Assembly (NCBI GenBank): GCA_963676845.2
Contig: CAXXKK010000028.1
Coordinates: forward strand, 5,881 to 69,880
DNA: 64,000 nucleotides
Source: Prolixibacteraceae bacterium
GTDB taxonomy: Bacteria > Bacteroidota > Bacteroidia > Bacteroidales > Prolixibacteraceae
Direction: 5' to 3'
The position numbers and the translations under genes were made by a program. Under the pieces are notes generated by a model, which worked only from the letters and a program-made list of their open reading frames with translations, was not told the origin of the DNA and did not search any database. Below are positions 20,705-29,899 of the stretch, one piece after another; position 1 is the stretch's first letter; each line of letters opens with the position of its first letter.

Positions 20705-20737
20705 TAAAAAAAGTGGGTTCAAAAAGAACCCACTTTT
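20705..20737 (-). terminator. Rho-independent terminator of the OmpA-family gene
   Basis: aagtgggttc / gaacccactt 10-bp stem with a 5-nt loop and a T-run on the minus strand. Confidence 0.75.
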
Positions 20738-20764
20738 CTAATAATATAGTAAAAAACTTTCTTC

Positions 20765-22060
20765 TTATTCAGAATCTATTTCAACTCTTCTGTTCAATGA
20801 ACGACCTTCACTTGTATTGTTTGGAGCAGCTGGCTGAGATTCACCCAGAGGAATTACTTTTATAATTCTTTGAGGAGCAATACCATTGTCAATTAGGTAA
20901 GCTCTAGCTTCATTTGCTCTTCTTTCTGAAAGTCCCATATTATAAGCTTCAGTACCTGTTGCATCAGCGTGTCCGGTTAGGTCAATGGCAACTTTTGGAT
21001 TTTCTTTCAAATACTTGATAATTGCATCAAGTTCAGAAGTTGCAGCAGATTTCAAACTACTCTTATCAAAATCGAAGTAAATTGATTTCAATTCCATTTC
21101 AACTACAGGACAACCATTATTCTCAGCAGGACCAGCTTCAGTTGGACAATCATCTTCTTCATCAACGATGCCATCTCCATCAGTATCGAAAGGACAACCT
21201 TTATCATCAACTTTGTAACCACGAGGAGTATCTGGACATTGATCATCTTTATCAGCTACACCGTCACCGTCAGAGTCAGGACAACCGTTTAATGCTGCTA
21301 AACCTGCTACATCTGGACATTCATCATCTTTGTCAGCGACACCGTCACCATCAGAATCAGGACAACCGTTTAATGCAGCTACACCTGCTTCATCCGGACA
21401 ATCATCAAGGTAATCAGCAACGCCGTCACCATCACTATCGATAGGACAACCATCTTCATCTACAGCAACACCAAATGGTGTATTAGGGCATAAATCTTTT
21501 CTGTCAGCAACACCATCACCATCAGAATCTTTCTTTTTACAGTTAAAACTGAATTCAAGTCCTGCAGTTAGTTTTAAGAAACTTTCTGTTTTAACTCCAA
21601 CTTCATCAGCTTTATCTGATCCGATTCCATCAATATATCCACCTTCAACAAAAAGAGCAACTGCATCACTAAGTCCAACTTTTGTTCCAATACCTGCATC
21701 AAAAGTTAGATTATCAGTCGTGTTATCAAAGATATAACCAGGTCCTGCATATAGATACGGACGGAATTTACTGGTTTCGCTCAAAATTTTTCCGTTACTT
21801 AATTTATATTTTAAATTTAGGTAAGTACCAGTAATGTCAACTTCTGAATTATATAATCCTAAATTTTGATTCAAACTTAAATCGAAAGAAGGACTTAAAT
21901 ACCTGCCGATATAAATCTCAGGCATGAAACCATTACGGTCATATGTATTCCCATGATATATTCCGGCACCGACACCTATACCCCATTTGTTTTCAGCTGT
22001 TTGAGCTTGTACTGAAAATACAGAAAAAAGCACCAAAGAGAGAAGTAGAATTTTTTTCAT
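20765..22060 (-). CDS. OmpA-family outer-membrane protein with thrombospondin type-3 (TSP3) calcium-binding repeats
   Basis: Signal peptide, N-terminal beta-barrel, repeated DSDGDGVADxxDxCPD units, and a C-terminal OmpA peptidoglycan-binding domain (NRRVEI). Confidence 0.85.
   Translation of the reverse strand: MKKILLLSLVLFSVFSVQAQTAENKWGIGVGAGIYHGNTYDRNGFMPEIYIGRYLSPSFDLSLNQNLGLYNSEVDITGTYLNLKYKLSNGKILSETSKFRPYLYAGPGYIFDNTTDNLTFDAGIGTKVGLSDAVALFVEGGYIDGIGSDKADEVGVKTESFLKLTAGLEFSFNCKKKDSDGDGVADRKDLCPNTPFGVAVDEDGCPIDSDGDGVADYLDDCPDEAGVAALNGCPDSDGDGVADKDDECPDVAGLAALNGCPDSDGDGVADKDDQCPDTPRGYKVDDKGCPFDTDGDGIVDEEDDCPTEAGPAENNGCPVVEMELKSIYFDFDKSSLKSAATSELDAIIKYLKENPKVAIDLTGHADATGTEAYNMGLSERRANEARAYLIDNGIAPQRIIKVIPLGESQPAAPNNTSEGRSLNRRVEIDSE
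21231..21392 (-). repeat. Two tandem 81-bp coding repeats inside the OmpA gene
   Basis: Units start at 21231 and 21312 (tctggacatt...). They are near-identical at the DNA level and encode 27-aa CPD(V/E)AG..AALNGCPDSDGDGVADKDD units. More degenerate copies flank them. Confidence 0.8.
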
Positions 22061-22272
22061 AATATACTTATTATTAATATGTTAATAGTTCTCATACAAG
22101 TCAGCATTAATATACTAAATTTATTGAATTCAGTCATCATGCTGCTTAAACAAAAATAAAGATATTTATTTCACTACAAATGAATGAGTTTAAAAAAATG
22201 ATATCTATCTAAAAATAAAGTATTTTAGATTCATATTCAGAATCAACACATAAAGAAAAAAATCATATTGTG

Positions 22273-22977
22273 TTAGTGGGAATGCAAACCGCATTCTTTC
22301 TTAGAGTTATTCTCCCACCACCATCTTCCAGCGCGAAAATCTTCTCCCGGTTGAATTGCTCGGGTACAAGGCGAACAACCAATACTAACATAACCTTTAT
22401 CATGCAAAACATTATATGGAACATGGTTTTCTTTTACGTAGTTGCGGCAATCATCCAGACTCCAATGTAAAAGCGGATTATACTTAACTAATGAAAAGCC
22501 TGCATCCCAGTTGAAAAATTCCAGTCCTTCCCTGTTTTGTGATTGCGAAGCCCGAAGTCCGGTAATCCAGCATTCCATACCTTCTAAAGATCTTCCCAAG
22601 GGTTCAACCTTACGAATGTGACAGCACATTTTACGGTTTTCCACAGACGAATAAAAACTGTTTGGTCCGTTTTCAGCAATAAATGCCTCTAACTTTTCAT
22701 TATTTGGATAATAAGGCTGTATCGGTTTATTGTATTTCTCTAGTGTGCGTGCATAAACTTTATAAGTTTCCTCAAATAATCTTCCTGTATCCAGTGTTAT
22801 TACTTTAACCGGAATATCATTTTTAAAGATTATATCTGTTATCACTTGATCTTCAATTCCAAAACTTGTTGAAAAAACAAGCTTTCCCGGATATTTTTCA
22901 GCCAAAGCCTTTAGGGATTCTACTGTATCCTTTTCTTTAAATTCAATATTTAACTTTTCAGCCAATTGCTCACTCAT
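22273..22977 (-). CDS. cysH: Assimilatory (phospho)adenylyl-sulfate reductase, Fe-S-cluster-type CysH
   Basis: C-terminal ECGLH, plus the CC (KMCCHIRK) and CxxC (GCSPCT) motifs characteristic of cluster-containing APS-type enzymes. Confidence 0.8.
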   Translation of the reverse strand: MSEQLAEKLNIEFKEKDTVESLKALAEKYPGKLVFSTSFGIEDQVITDIIFKNDIPVKVITLDTGRLFEETYKVYARTLEKYNKPIQPYYPNNEKLEAFIAENGPNSFYSSVENRKMCCHIRKVEPLGRSLEGMECWITGLRASQSQNREGLEFFNWDAGFSLVKYNPLLHWSLDDCRNYVKENHVPYNVLHDKGYVSIGCSPCTRAIQPGEDFRAGRWWWENNSKKECGLHSH

Positions 22978-23088
22978 AGTACAAAATTTAAGTCATGAAG
23001 CCCCAAAAATAGTCATTTTCGTGATTATTTTAATCCACTGGATAAAACCACATAACAATGTCTGATCAAACGTCAATAAAATATTTTC

Positions 23089-23096
23089 TAAATTTG
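23089..23096 (+). promoter_or_regulatory. Candidate -7 box TAAATTTG
   Basis: Exact TAnnTTTG match 15 nt upstream of the DUF819 start. Confidence 0.3.
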
Positions 23097-23110
23097 GCGA
23101 CCTGAAGATT

Positions 23111-24385
23111 ATGATACTATATTCAATTTTACTTTTGCTTTTCTACATGGGAGTTCCCATGTTTATAATTTATCTGACATCAAAGTCTGCAAGGGCAAAA
23201 AAAGTTGGAGCAGTCGTTATTACTTACATTGTTGGGCTGATATTCGGGAACATTGGAATTCTTCCTCGATCATCAACGGAGCTCACTCAGATTCTTGCAG
23301 GTCAAAATGGTGTTTCTGAAGATATTTTGTTTCCCTTTCTTGAAAAAGGAATTATTAATACCTCTGATTTGCTAACGAACCAAATACTAATTCTGCAAGA
23401 TACATTGATGAGTATCTCAATAATGCTGGCAATACCAATGATCTTATTTTCACTGGATATAAAACGCTGGTTGAAACAAGCCAGAAAAGCATTGTTCTCC
23501 TTATTCTTAGGCATAATATCTTTGCTTATAGTCATTTTTATAGGTTATCAGATTTTCAATAATGATATTAGTGAATCCTGGAAAATAACAGGAATGCTGG
23601 CGGGAATTTATACAGGTGGAACTCCTAACCTTTCTGCTATTAGTACAGCCTTAGATGTCGAGCCCAATATTTTCATTTTAGTAAATACTTACGACATTAT
23701 TATTGGAGCAGTAATACTCTTATTTATATTAACATACGCTCAAAAAATATTCAAACTCTTTCTTCCTAAGTTCAAATATTCAAACCATAAATCTGATTTA
23801 GTAAAAAGAGAAACTGATCCTGACTATGAGGATTTTAATGGGATGTTAACTAAAGAAGGGATTATTCACTCTGTAAAAACATTAATGTTATCAATTTTGA
23901 TATTGGGAATTGCATTTGGACTTAGTTTCCTGACAGACAGAGAAACTACTCAAATGGTCATTATCGTATTAACCGTTACTACACTGGGGATTATTGCCAG
24001 TTTATTTAAATCCGTCAATAAAATTGAAAAAAGTTTTCAGCTGGGAATGTACTTTATAACCGTATTTTCACTTGTAATTGCCAGTATGAGTGATTTAAAT
24101 CAAATCATCAACATCGAATATTTATTCCTCTTTTTATTTGTATTAGTCGCTGTAGTTGGATCAATGCTGGTACATGTCTTTCTTTCGTGGGTTTTTAAAG
24201 TTGATACAGACACCACTATAATAACCATAACTGCACTTACTTACTCAACACCTTTTGTTCCGGTTGTAGCAGGCACTTTAAAGAATAAAGAAGTAATTGT
24301 TTCCGGATTGACAATTGGAATTCTCGGATACGCTTTCGGTAATTACCTGGGAATTGGAATAGCATATTTTATCCAGGGATTATAA
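23111..24385 (+). CDS. DUF819-like polytopic membrane protein
   Basis: 424 aa with about 10-12 TM segments. The central MLAIPMILFSLDIKRW segment resembles DUF819. Family call is from memory. Confidence 0.55.
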   Translation: MILYSILLLLFYMGVPMFIIYLTSKSARAKKVGAVVITYIVGLIFGNIGILPRSSTELTQILAGQNGVSEDILFPFLEKGIINTSDLLTNQILILQDTLMSISIMLAIPMILFSLDIKRWLKQARKALFSLFLGIISLLIVIFIGYQIFNNDISESWKITGMLAGIYTGGTPNLSAISTALDVEPNIFILVNTYDIIIGAVILLFILTYAQKIFKLFLPKFKYSNHKSDLVKRETDPDYEDFNGMLTKEGIIHSVKTLMLSILILGIAFGLSFLTDRETTQMVIIVLTVTTLGIIASLFKSVNKIEKSFQLGMYFITVFSLVIASMSDLNQIINIEYLFLFLFVLVAVVGSMLVHVFLSWVFKVDTDTTIITITALTYSTPFVPVVAGTLKNKEVIVSGLTIGILGYAFGNYLGIGIAYFIQGL

Positions 24386-24695
24386 GTTTAAAGGAGGGTA
24401 TTCAAGAAACGATGTATTGGTCAAAGAAATAACGAAGAAATTCAAATCCTTTGATTTTATTAGTCCCCCAGCAAGTCTACCCCTCCCCTTGCCAACTTTT
24501 CTGCTCCAACTGGCAATAGAGAGCTGTCCATTGGTAATTTTTCGGCTTCAATCGACATAGTTGCCCCCTTCCCTCGGCAGTTTTTGGCTTTCTACACAAT
24601 TTCATATCCGATAAGCAATTGTGTTATCCCGAAGAAAAAACAATCACTATAAAACATCAATTTTTTGTTTTCATTGTTAGTTGTGTTTATTGGTT

Positions 24696-25733
24696 TTAAT
24701 TTGTTTCACGTATTTTTTTAGCCGACAAAACAAGTGTAGGAAAGGCATAGCTCCCATCGGGATGTTTTACCCGAAAATCACTAAAACCAGCTTCTGTCAA
24801 TGCTTTTTTTAGTGTTTCTTCCGGGAGTTGGTGTGTTGGATACCCCATAATGCGGGTTTGTAGCTCTACAAGGGCAAGGGTCAATTCATTTTCTTTGTCT
24901 ATTGCTTTATCACAAATGTGGTTTGAGATGAGAATCCCACCTGGTTTCATCGAGTGGTTTACTTTTTTCAGAAATGCAACAAGAGAGTCATTATTGCTGG
25001 CTAATTCATACAAGAAATGGGAGCTAAAAAACAAGTCGTAGCCCTTACCAAACGATTCGTCTTTTTTGATGTCGAAATCGTGATAGGTTATGCGGGTAAA
25101 ATCCTTTTCGTTTTGTTTAACTTCTTTGGCTATTTGACAAACTGTCGGCAAGTCATACACATGGGCTTGAAGATTTGGGTTTTCCCGCAAAAGAGCATAC
25201 GAATAGTATCCAATACTTCCTGCAAAATCACACATATTGGTACAGGAATTAAACTCAGGAATGGTTTTTATGAACGAAACTACGTTTTGTATTGAACCAG
25301 CCTTTGCTCCCTGTTCCATGTTTAATGTAGTTTCTTTCGAACTCCACATTTTCCCGTCAAAATCGGGCTTTTCTCCTTTTAATACAGTTTCTAAATAATC
25401 GAAGGGACCTGAACTTCCTGCGAATCGTTTTACTTCATGTAGCTGATTGACTTCAGATTTCTGAATCAGATATTCTTTAGATAAGGTTGCCAAACAGTAA
25501 CTGTTGTCCTTTCTTGATACTAATCCAATTGTATCCAATACTTTTAGAAGAGCTTCGGTAACGTCCTTTTGCGTCTGAAGCCTATCTGCAATTTCAGTAA
25601 GAGTAAGAGTTGTCCCGGAAAGAATCTCAAACAATTTGATGTTGATTGCTGCATTGATAACTTTGGGCAAATAGCTGATGTATAGAATATTGTTTATTTT
25701 ACTATACGGTGTTTTGAGTATTGGTACATTCAT
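24696..25733 (-). CDS. Class I SAM-dependent O-methyltransferase with N-terminal winged-helix dimerisation domain
   Basis: 345 aa. SAM motif CDFAGSIGYYS, DLFFSSHFLYE and PGGILIS. The N-terminal region resembles small-molecule OMTs. Confidence 0.65.
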   Translation of the reverse strand: MNVPILKTPYSKINNILYISYLPKVINAAINIKLFEILSGTTLTLTEIADRLQTQKDVTEALLKVLDTIGLVSRKDNSYCLATLSKEYLIQKSEVNQLHEVKRFAGSSGPFDYLETVLKGEKPDFDGKMWSSKETTLNMEQGAKAGSIQNVVSFIKTIPEFNSCTNMCDFAGSIGYYSYALLRENPNLQAHVYDLPTVCQIAKEVKQNEKDFTRITYHDFDIKKDESFGKGYDLFFSSHFLYELASNNDSLVAFLKKVNHSMKPGGILISNHICDKAIDKENELTLALVELQTRIMGYPTHQLPEETLKKALTEAGFSDFRVKHPDGSYAFPTLVLSAKKIRETN

Positions 25734-25922
25734 GTTATATGATTTTTTATTTTTTTAATCGCCTCTTTCCAATCGAAAATTATATTCTCTTAAAAATGTG
25801 GCAGAATGTTTCGTAATATTTCTCAGGCGTTCGTCATATGAATCATTTTCCGATGTAACCTGATAATTCTGTATATTGAATATGCTACGATTAAGATAAA
25901 AGTTACATGTTAATCTGTTAAA

Positions 25923-28436
25923 TTATAATAGAAGGTTTCCTGTCTGGTATACCACAAAAGCCACAATCCATGCCATCCCTGTGGTATAAGCCATTGTGAA
26001 TATTGCCCATCCCCAGTTTGACTCCTTTTTTATGGCTGCAATTACAGCAATGCACGGGAAATAGATCAAAATAAATAGCATGAAGCTGAATGCCATCAAA
26101 GGGGTAAATACCTTTTGTCCTTTTAACTTTCCTGATTGATGGGTTTGATTTTGCAGGTTAGAGATCAGTGCTCCCGATGTTTCATCGGCCTCCATGTCTG
26201 CATTGTATAAAACACCCATCGTGCTCACCACTATTTCTTTGGCTGCCAACCCGGTAATTATGCTTACGCCCATTTTCCAGTCGTAACCGAGTGGTGCGAT
26301 TATCGGCTCAATAGCATGTCCTAGTCTACCTATATAAGATTGATCTTGTCTTTCAGATGCCTGTAAAATTTTTAGTTGTTGAATCTGTTCTTCTTGCGTT
26401 TCTTCATCAAGCGTGGCGTTATTAATTTTAGCAATTTGTTCGTTGTAATCCTGACTGTATGAAATATTTTTCGGGAAATAACCCAAAGCCCATATTAATA
26501 CAGAAGCAACCATGATTGTTGTACCTATTTTTTTTAGATATTCCCGTCCTTTGTACCACATGTGTAAAGAGGTATTTTTAAAGGTAGGGATACGATAAGG
26601 AGGGAGCTCCATTACAAAAGGAACTTCTTTTTTCGAAAAAGCAACTTTTTTCAATATTAAAGCAACAATAACCGCTATTACTATTCCTATTACATAAATA
26701 GAAAATAACATCAATCCCTGGTTTTTTGGGAAAAATGCAGAGATTAGCAATATATAAACGGGTAAGCGCGCACTACACGACATAAATGGGGTAATGAGCA
26801 TAGTAAGAAGCCTGTCGTTTCTGTTTTCCAGGGTACGTGTTGCCATTATTGCCGGAACATTGCATCCAAATCCCATAATTAATGGTATAAACGATTTGCC
26901 ATGCAGCCCTATTTTATGCATTAATTTGTCCATAATAAAAGCAGCACGGGCCATGTAGCCGGTATCTTCCATCAAAGAAATAAAGAAAAACAATATCAAT
27001 ATATTGGGAAGAAAGATGATAACACTACCAACACCACCTATAATACCGGTTACCAGTAAATCTTTAAAAATACCTTCGGGCATTATATTGCTTACCCAAT
27101 CACCTAAAGCGGCCACACCTGCATCTATCCAATCCATTGGATAACTGCCTATTGTAAAAGTAGCCTGAAACATCAGCCACATAAAAAATAAGAAAATAGG
27201 AAATCCTAATATTTTATGAGTAAACAGATCATCAAGATTACGGACTTTTCCATGAAGCCGCTTCGGTTCCCTGTATGTTTCCTTTAGTGCTCCGGTAATA
27301 AACCCATATTTTGCATCGGTAATAATAGTTTCTGAGTTTTCTGCATATTCCTGTTCCAGTTCTTTTACCACATTATTTGCAGAGGAATTTATTTTTTCAA
27401 AATTTGGCAGAATCTTAAGTTGTTCTTGAGTCGTTTGGTCTGTTTCTATAAGCTTTATAGCAATATATCTTAGTGGGTATTTATCTGCTAGCCCGACATT
27501 TTCATAAAGTTCTTCCTCTATCAGTTTAATCCCGTTTTCAATCATTTTGCCATAATTAATGTGTATGTATCTCACATCAGGATCACGATCTTCATAAACA
27601 TCAATTAGTTTTTTCAATAATTCGTTAATGCCTTTTCCTTTGGATGCTACTGTTGGAATAATGGGAATTCCTAGCATTTTACCCAGCTTCTCGTAATCGA
27701 ACTTAATTCCTTTTTTCTCCAGTTCGTCGTACATGTTCAGGGCTATCACCACTTTTATATCCATATCGATTAGCTGAGTGGTGAGGTATAAATTGCGTTC
27801 GAGGTTAGAAGCATCAACTACGTTTACCACAATGTCCGGCATTTTTTCGGCAATGTGGTTACGAACATATAATTCTTCCGGAGAGTATTCAGTTATGGAA
27901 TAGGTGCCCGGCAAATCGACAATGTTAAATCGATATCCGTATTTTTTCATGACAGCTTCTTTTGCATCAACTGTAACACCTCCGTAATTTCCTACCCGTT
28001 CACGCGAACCAGAAGCATAGTTAAACAATGTTGTTTTCCCGCTATTGGGGTTTCCTATCAGAGCAATATCTATAATTTCTCCTTTTTCCCGGGCAGAAAT
28101 TTTTAGTTTTTCATTTACAGTTGTGCCGTTAAATCCCGTTTCGGGAATATCCTTCACATCAGTTCCGGATACAATCTCCACCATCCTGGCTTCGCTTTTT
28201 CTTAACGAAAGGTTGTAGCCCATTACTTCGTATTCTATGGGATCTTTTAACGGTGCATTTTTAATTACAGTAACTTTTTTCCCTTTTATAAAACCCATTT
28301 CAGTAATACGTTTCCGAAAAGCACCATGCCCATGAACTTTAGTAATAATAGCTGATTCTCCGGAGAGCAGACAGGAAAGGGATTTGTTCTTTTCGTCAAA
28401 ACATACTTCGTGTCTTTGTCTCATTTTATTTTTCAT
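25923..28436 (-). CDS. feoB: Ferrous iron transporter, FeoA-FeoB fusion
   Basis: N-terminal FeoA-like SH3 segment (ITKVHGHGAFRKRITEMGFIKGKKVTV), G-domain GNPNSGKTTLFN and DLPGTYS, then a large polytopic permease domain. Confidence 0.9.
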   Translation of the reverse strand: MKNKMRQRHEVCFDEKNKSLSCLLSGESAIITKVHGHGAFRKRITEMGFIKGKKVTVIKNAPLKDPIEYEVMGYNLSLRKSEARMVEIVSGTDVKDIPETGFNGTTVNEKLKISAREKGEIIDIALIGNPNSGKTTLFNYASGSRERVGNYGGVTVDAKEAVMKKYGYRFNIVDLPGTYSITEYSPEELYVRNHIAEKMPDIVVNVVDASNLERNLYLTTQLIDMDIKVVIALNMYDELEKKGIKFDYEKLGKMLGIPIIPTVASKGKGINELLKKLIDVYEDRDPDVRYIHINYGKMIENGIKLIEEELYENVGLADKYPLRYIAIKLIETDQTTQEQLKILPNFEKINSSANNVVKELEQEYAENSETIITDAKYGFITGALKETYREPKRLHGKVRNLDDLFTHKILGFPIFLFFMWLMFQATFTIGSYPMDWIDAGVAALGDWVSNIMPEGIFKDLLVTGIIGGVGSVIIFLPNILILFFFISLMEDTGYMARAAFIMDKLMHKIGLHGKSFIPLIMGFGCNVPAIMATRTLENRNDRLLTMLITPFMSCSARLPVYILLISAFFPKNQGLMLFSIYVIGIVIAVIVALILKKVAFSKKEVPFVMELPPYRIPTFKNTSLHMWYKGREYLKKIGTTIMVASVLIWALGYFPKNISYSQDYNEQIAKINNATLDEETQEEQIQQLKILQASERQDQSYIGRLGHAIEPIIAPLGYDWKMGVSIITGLAAKEIVVSTMGVLYNADMEADETSGALISNLQNQTHQSGKLKGQKVFTPLMAFSFMLFILIYFPCIAVIAAIKKESNWGWAIFTMAYTTGMAWIVAFVVYQTGNLLL

Positions 28437-28746
28437 GTTATTGGATGTGTGGCTTTATAATCAGGCAGATCATAGGTATAGGGTCTTTTATGAGTTTTTG
28501 CTTTGTTGCTTCAAATCCATTTCTCTCAACAAATTTTTTAAATGATAATACAGACCATCTTGTCCGTACTCTATCCCATAATATTCATACAATGTGAAAA
28601 AAATGACTTGTCAGTTTTCCCCATGGATAATGTGTGGTTTATCTTTCATTTTATTCATCACCCAAAATAAAACAAACAAAAAAGAAAGGACAATCCCTAA
28701 TAAGAGGGGTTTTATGTAGAAGTAGCCTCCTAAAAGTAGGGTAAGA

Positions 28747-29109
28747 TTGTTGCATTTTCCTTTGATTATAGGTGTATTAACACTAACTTTTTTATGTGCC
28801 GGGGTTTTCAAGCTTAGGCAAAAAATGCAGGAAACATCATCTGTTTATTTTCGGAGTCCGGCCTATCCTTTCTTTCAGATATTATATATCCTTTTATCTG
28901 TATGGATTATCGTATTTGCATTTATCAGTAAACCTTCAGAAACATCATTAGGTATGCTAAACCTGGTAATTGGCACAATATCATATTATTTTGTCATGAA
29001 GCGCTTTCCTTTCCTAAAAGAGTGGAACCCGTTGGGTTTAATTCGTTCTTTACCGCAAACAAGGTCAGTACGAGCTAATAAAAAAAGGTTTGTTTCGAAA
29101 AACAGATAA
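28747..29109 (+). pseudogene. 3' remnant of an APC-family amino-acid permease (last two TM helices only)
   Basis: GVLTLTFLCAGVFKLRQKM...YFRSPAYPFFQILYILLSVWIIVFAFISKPSETSLGMLNLVIGTISYYFV matches the characteristic C-terminal end of APC permeases. The frame is closed by TAG at 28723, and only about 290 bp separate it from feoAB, so the first roughly 350 codons are missing. Confidence 0.55.
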
Positions 29110-29175
29110 CGACAAATTTTGGGTAAACATTATTGAAAACGAATAGAGTGCTCACGAAAAATAGAAGAAATAATA

Positions 29176-29700
29176 ATGAAACATAAAACAAAAAGAAAAA
29201 CATTAAATCGCGATATGCGTTCGTTGCATCGTAATATCGGTTTCTTTGTTGTAGGACTTATAATTATTTTTAGTATAAACGGGATAGTTCTTATATATAG
29301 AAATACTGAATTTCTGAAAAAAGAAAAATTTGTAGAAAAAACCTTAGATCCGAATTTGGAAGCATCAGAACTGGGGAAAGTTTTATACTTAAGAAACTTT
29401 AAAGTTTTAAAAGAAGAAGAAGAAATGGTCTATTTTCAGGATGGAACCTATAATAAAGTGACTGGTGATATAAAATACTCGTCGAAAGAACTGCCTGCTT
29501 TTCTTAGCAAGTTTAATAAACTACATATGTCTTCCAGTATAGAATTGGTACATTGGGCTTCTTTAATTTTTGGAATATTATTGATGTTTTTGGCAATATC
29601 TTCTTTTTGGATGTACAAACCCCAAACAAGAATGTTTCGAAGGAGAGTTTTTATAGCTTTTATTGGTGTTACTTTTGCCGTAATATTATTATTCCTGTAA
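29176..29700 (+). CDS. PepSY-associated TM-helix-like small membrane protein
   Basis: 174 aa. Basic N-terminus with LHRNIGFFVVGLIIIF, a second TM pair near the C-terminus, and FNKLHMSS. Confidence 0.45.
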   Translation: MKHKTKRKTLNRDMRSLHRNIGFFVVGLIIIFSINGIVLIYRNTEFLKKEKFVEKTLDPNLEASELGKVLYLRNFKVLKEEEEMVYFQDGTYNKVTGDIKYSSKELPAFLSKFNKLHMSSSIELVHWASLIFGILLMFLAISSFWMYKPQTRMFRRRVFIAFIGVTFAVILLFL

Positions 29701-29830
29701 TTATATAACTCAAGTTTTTTTGTATTACTTATCTTTCTTATTCAACAGAAAGATTATCGTATTAGGTATCCCTAATAAAATACATTTTATAGAGAAGCAT
29801 CGTAATTTATTTTTTTGTTTTAATATTTAA

Positions 29831-29845
29831 TGCAACAATGTTGCA
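29831..29845. promoter_or_regulatory. Operator 1: palindrome TGCAACA-A-TGTTGCA (extends to the 19-mer AATGCAACAATGTTGCATT at 29829..29847)
   Basis: Perfect 9-1-9 inverted repeat overlapping the expected -33 region of the Fur-family gene promoter. Confidence 0.6.
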
Positions 29846-29864
29846 TTTTAAAAAATCTGTTTAC

Positions 29865-29872
29865 TATATTTG
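29865..29872 (+). promoter_or_regulatory. -7 promoter box TATATTTG of the Fur-family operon
   Basis: Exact TAnnTTTG match 28 nt upstream of the ATG at 29900. Its last two bases are the first two bases of operator 2. Confidence 0.5.
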
Positions 29873-29885
29873 CAACATTGTTGCA
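29871..29885. promoter_or_regulatory. Operator 2: palindrome TGCAACA-T-TGTTGCA
   Basis: Perfect 7-1-7 inverted repeat and the exact reverse complement of operator 1, 40 bp downstream of it. Covers the predicted transcription start. Confidence 0.6.
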
Positions 29886-29899
29886 TCTATTTGTCATAT

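Noticed and set aside
21022-21444. 140-aa plus-strand ORF rich in His, Gln and Leu, lying inside the OmpA-family gene.
   Set aside because: It is antisense to the TSP3 repeat region. It is open only because the GAC/GAT-rich repeats lack stops on the opposite strand, and its composition is low-complexity.
24463-24590. Possible G-quadruplex on the minus strand of the C-rich island.
   Set aside because: Three G-runs lie within about 27 nt, but the fourth is about 75 nt away. That is not a canonical intramolecular G4 arrangement.
28488-28811. Minus-strand 66-aa ORF (28611..28811) upstream of feoAB. It continues in the same frame past its TGA stop for another 40 codons (QVIFFTLYEYYGIEYGQDGLYYHLKNLLREMDLKQQSKNS*). 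I considered a stop-codon read-through, a selenoprotein or a nonsense-mutated gene.
   Set aside because: No family resemblance and no SECIS-like context that I could recognise. Its 5' part overlaps the better-supported APC-permease remnant on the other strand. A 40-codon open stretch is not rare enough to be meaningful on its own. It would need ribosome profiling or homology evidence.
29870-29899. ORF-track start (TTG, MQHCCIYLSY...) for the Fur-family gene.
   Set aside because: These codons are the operator-2 palindrome and the -7 box. ATG 29900 (METLDIL...) gives a normal Fur-family N-terminus.
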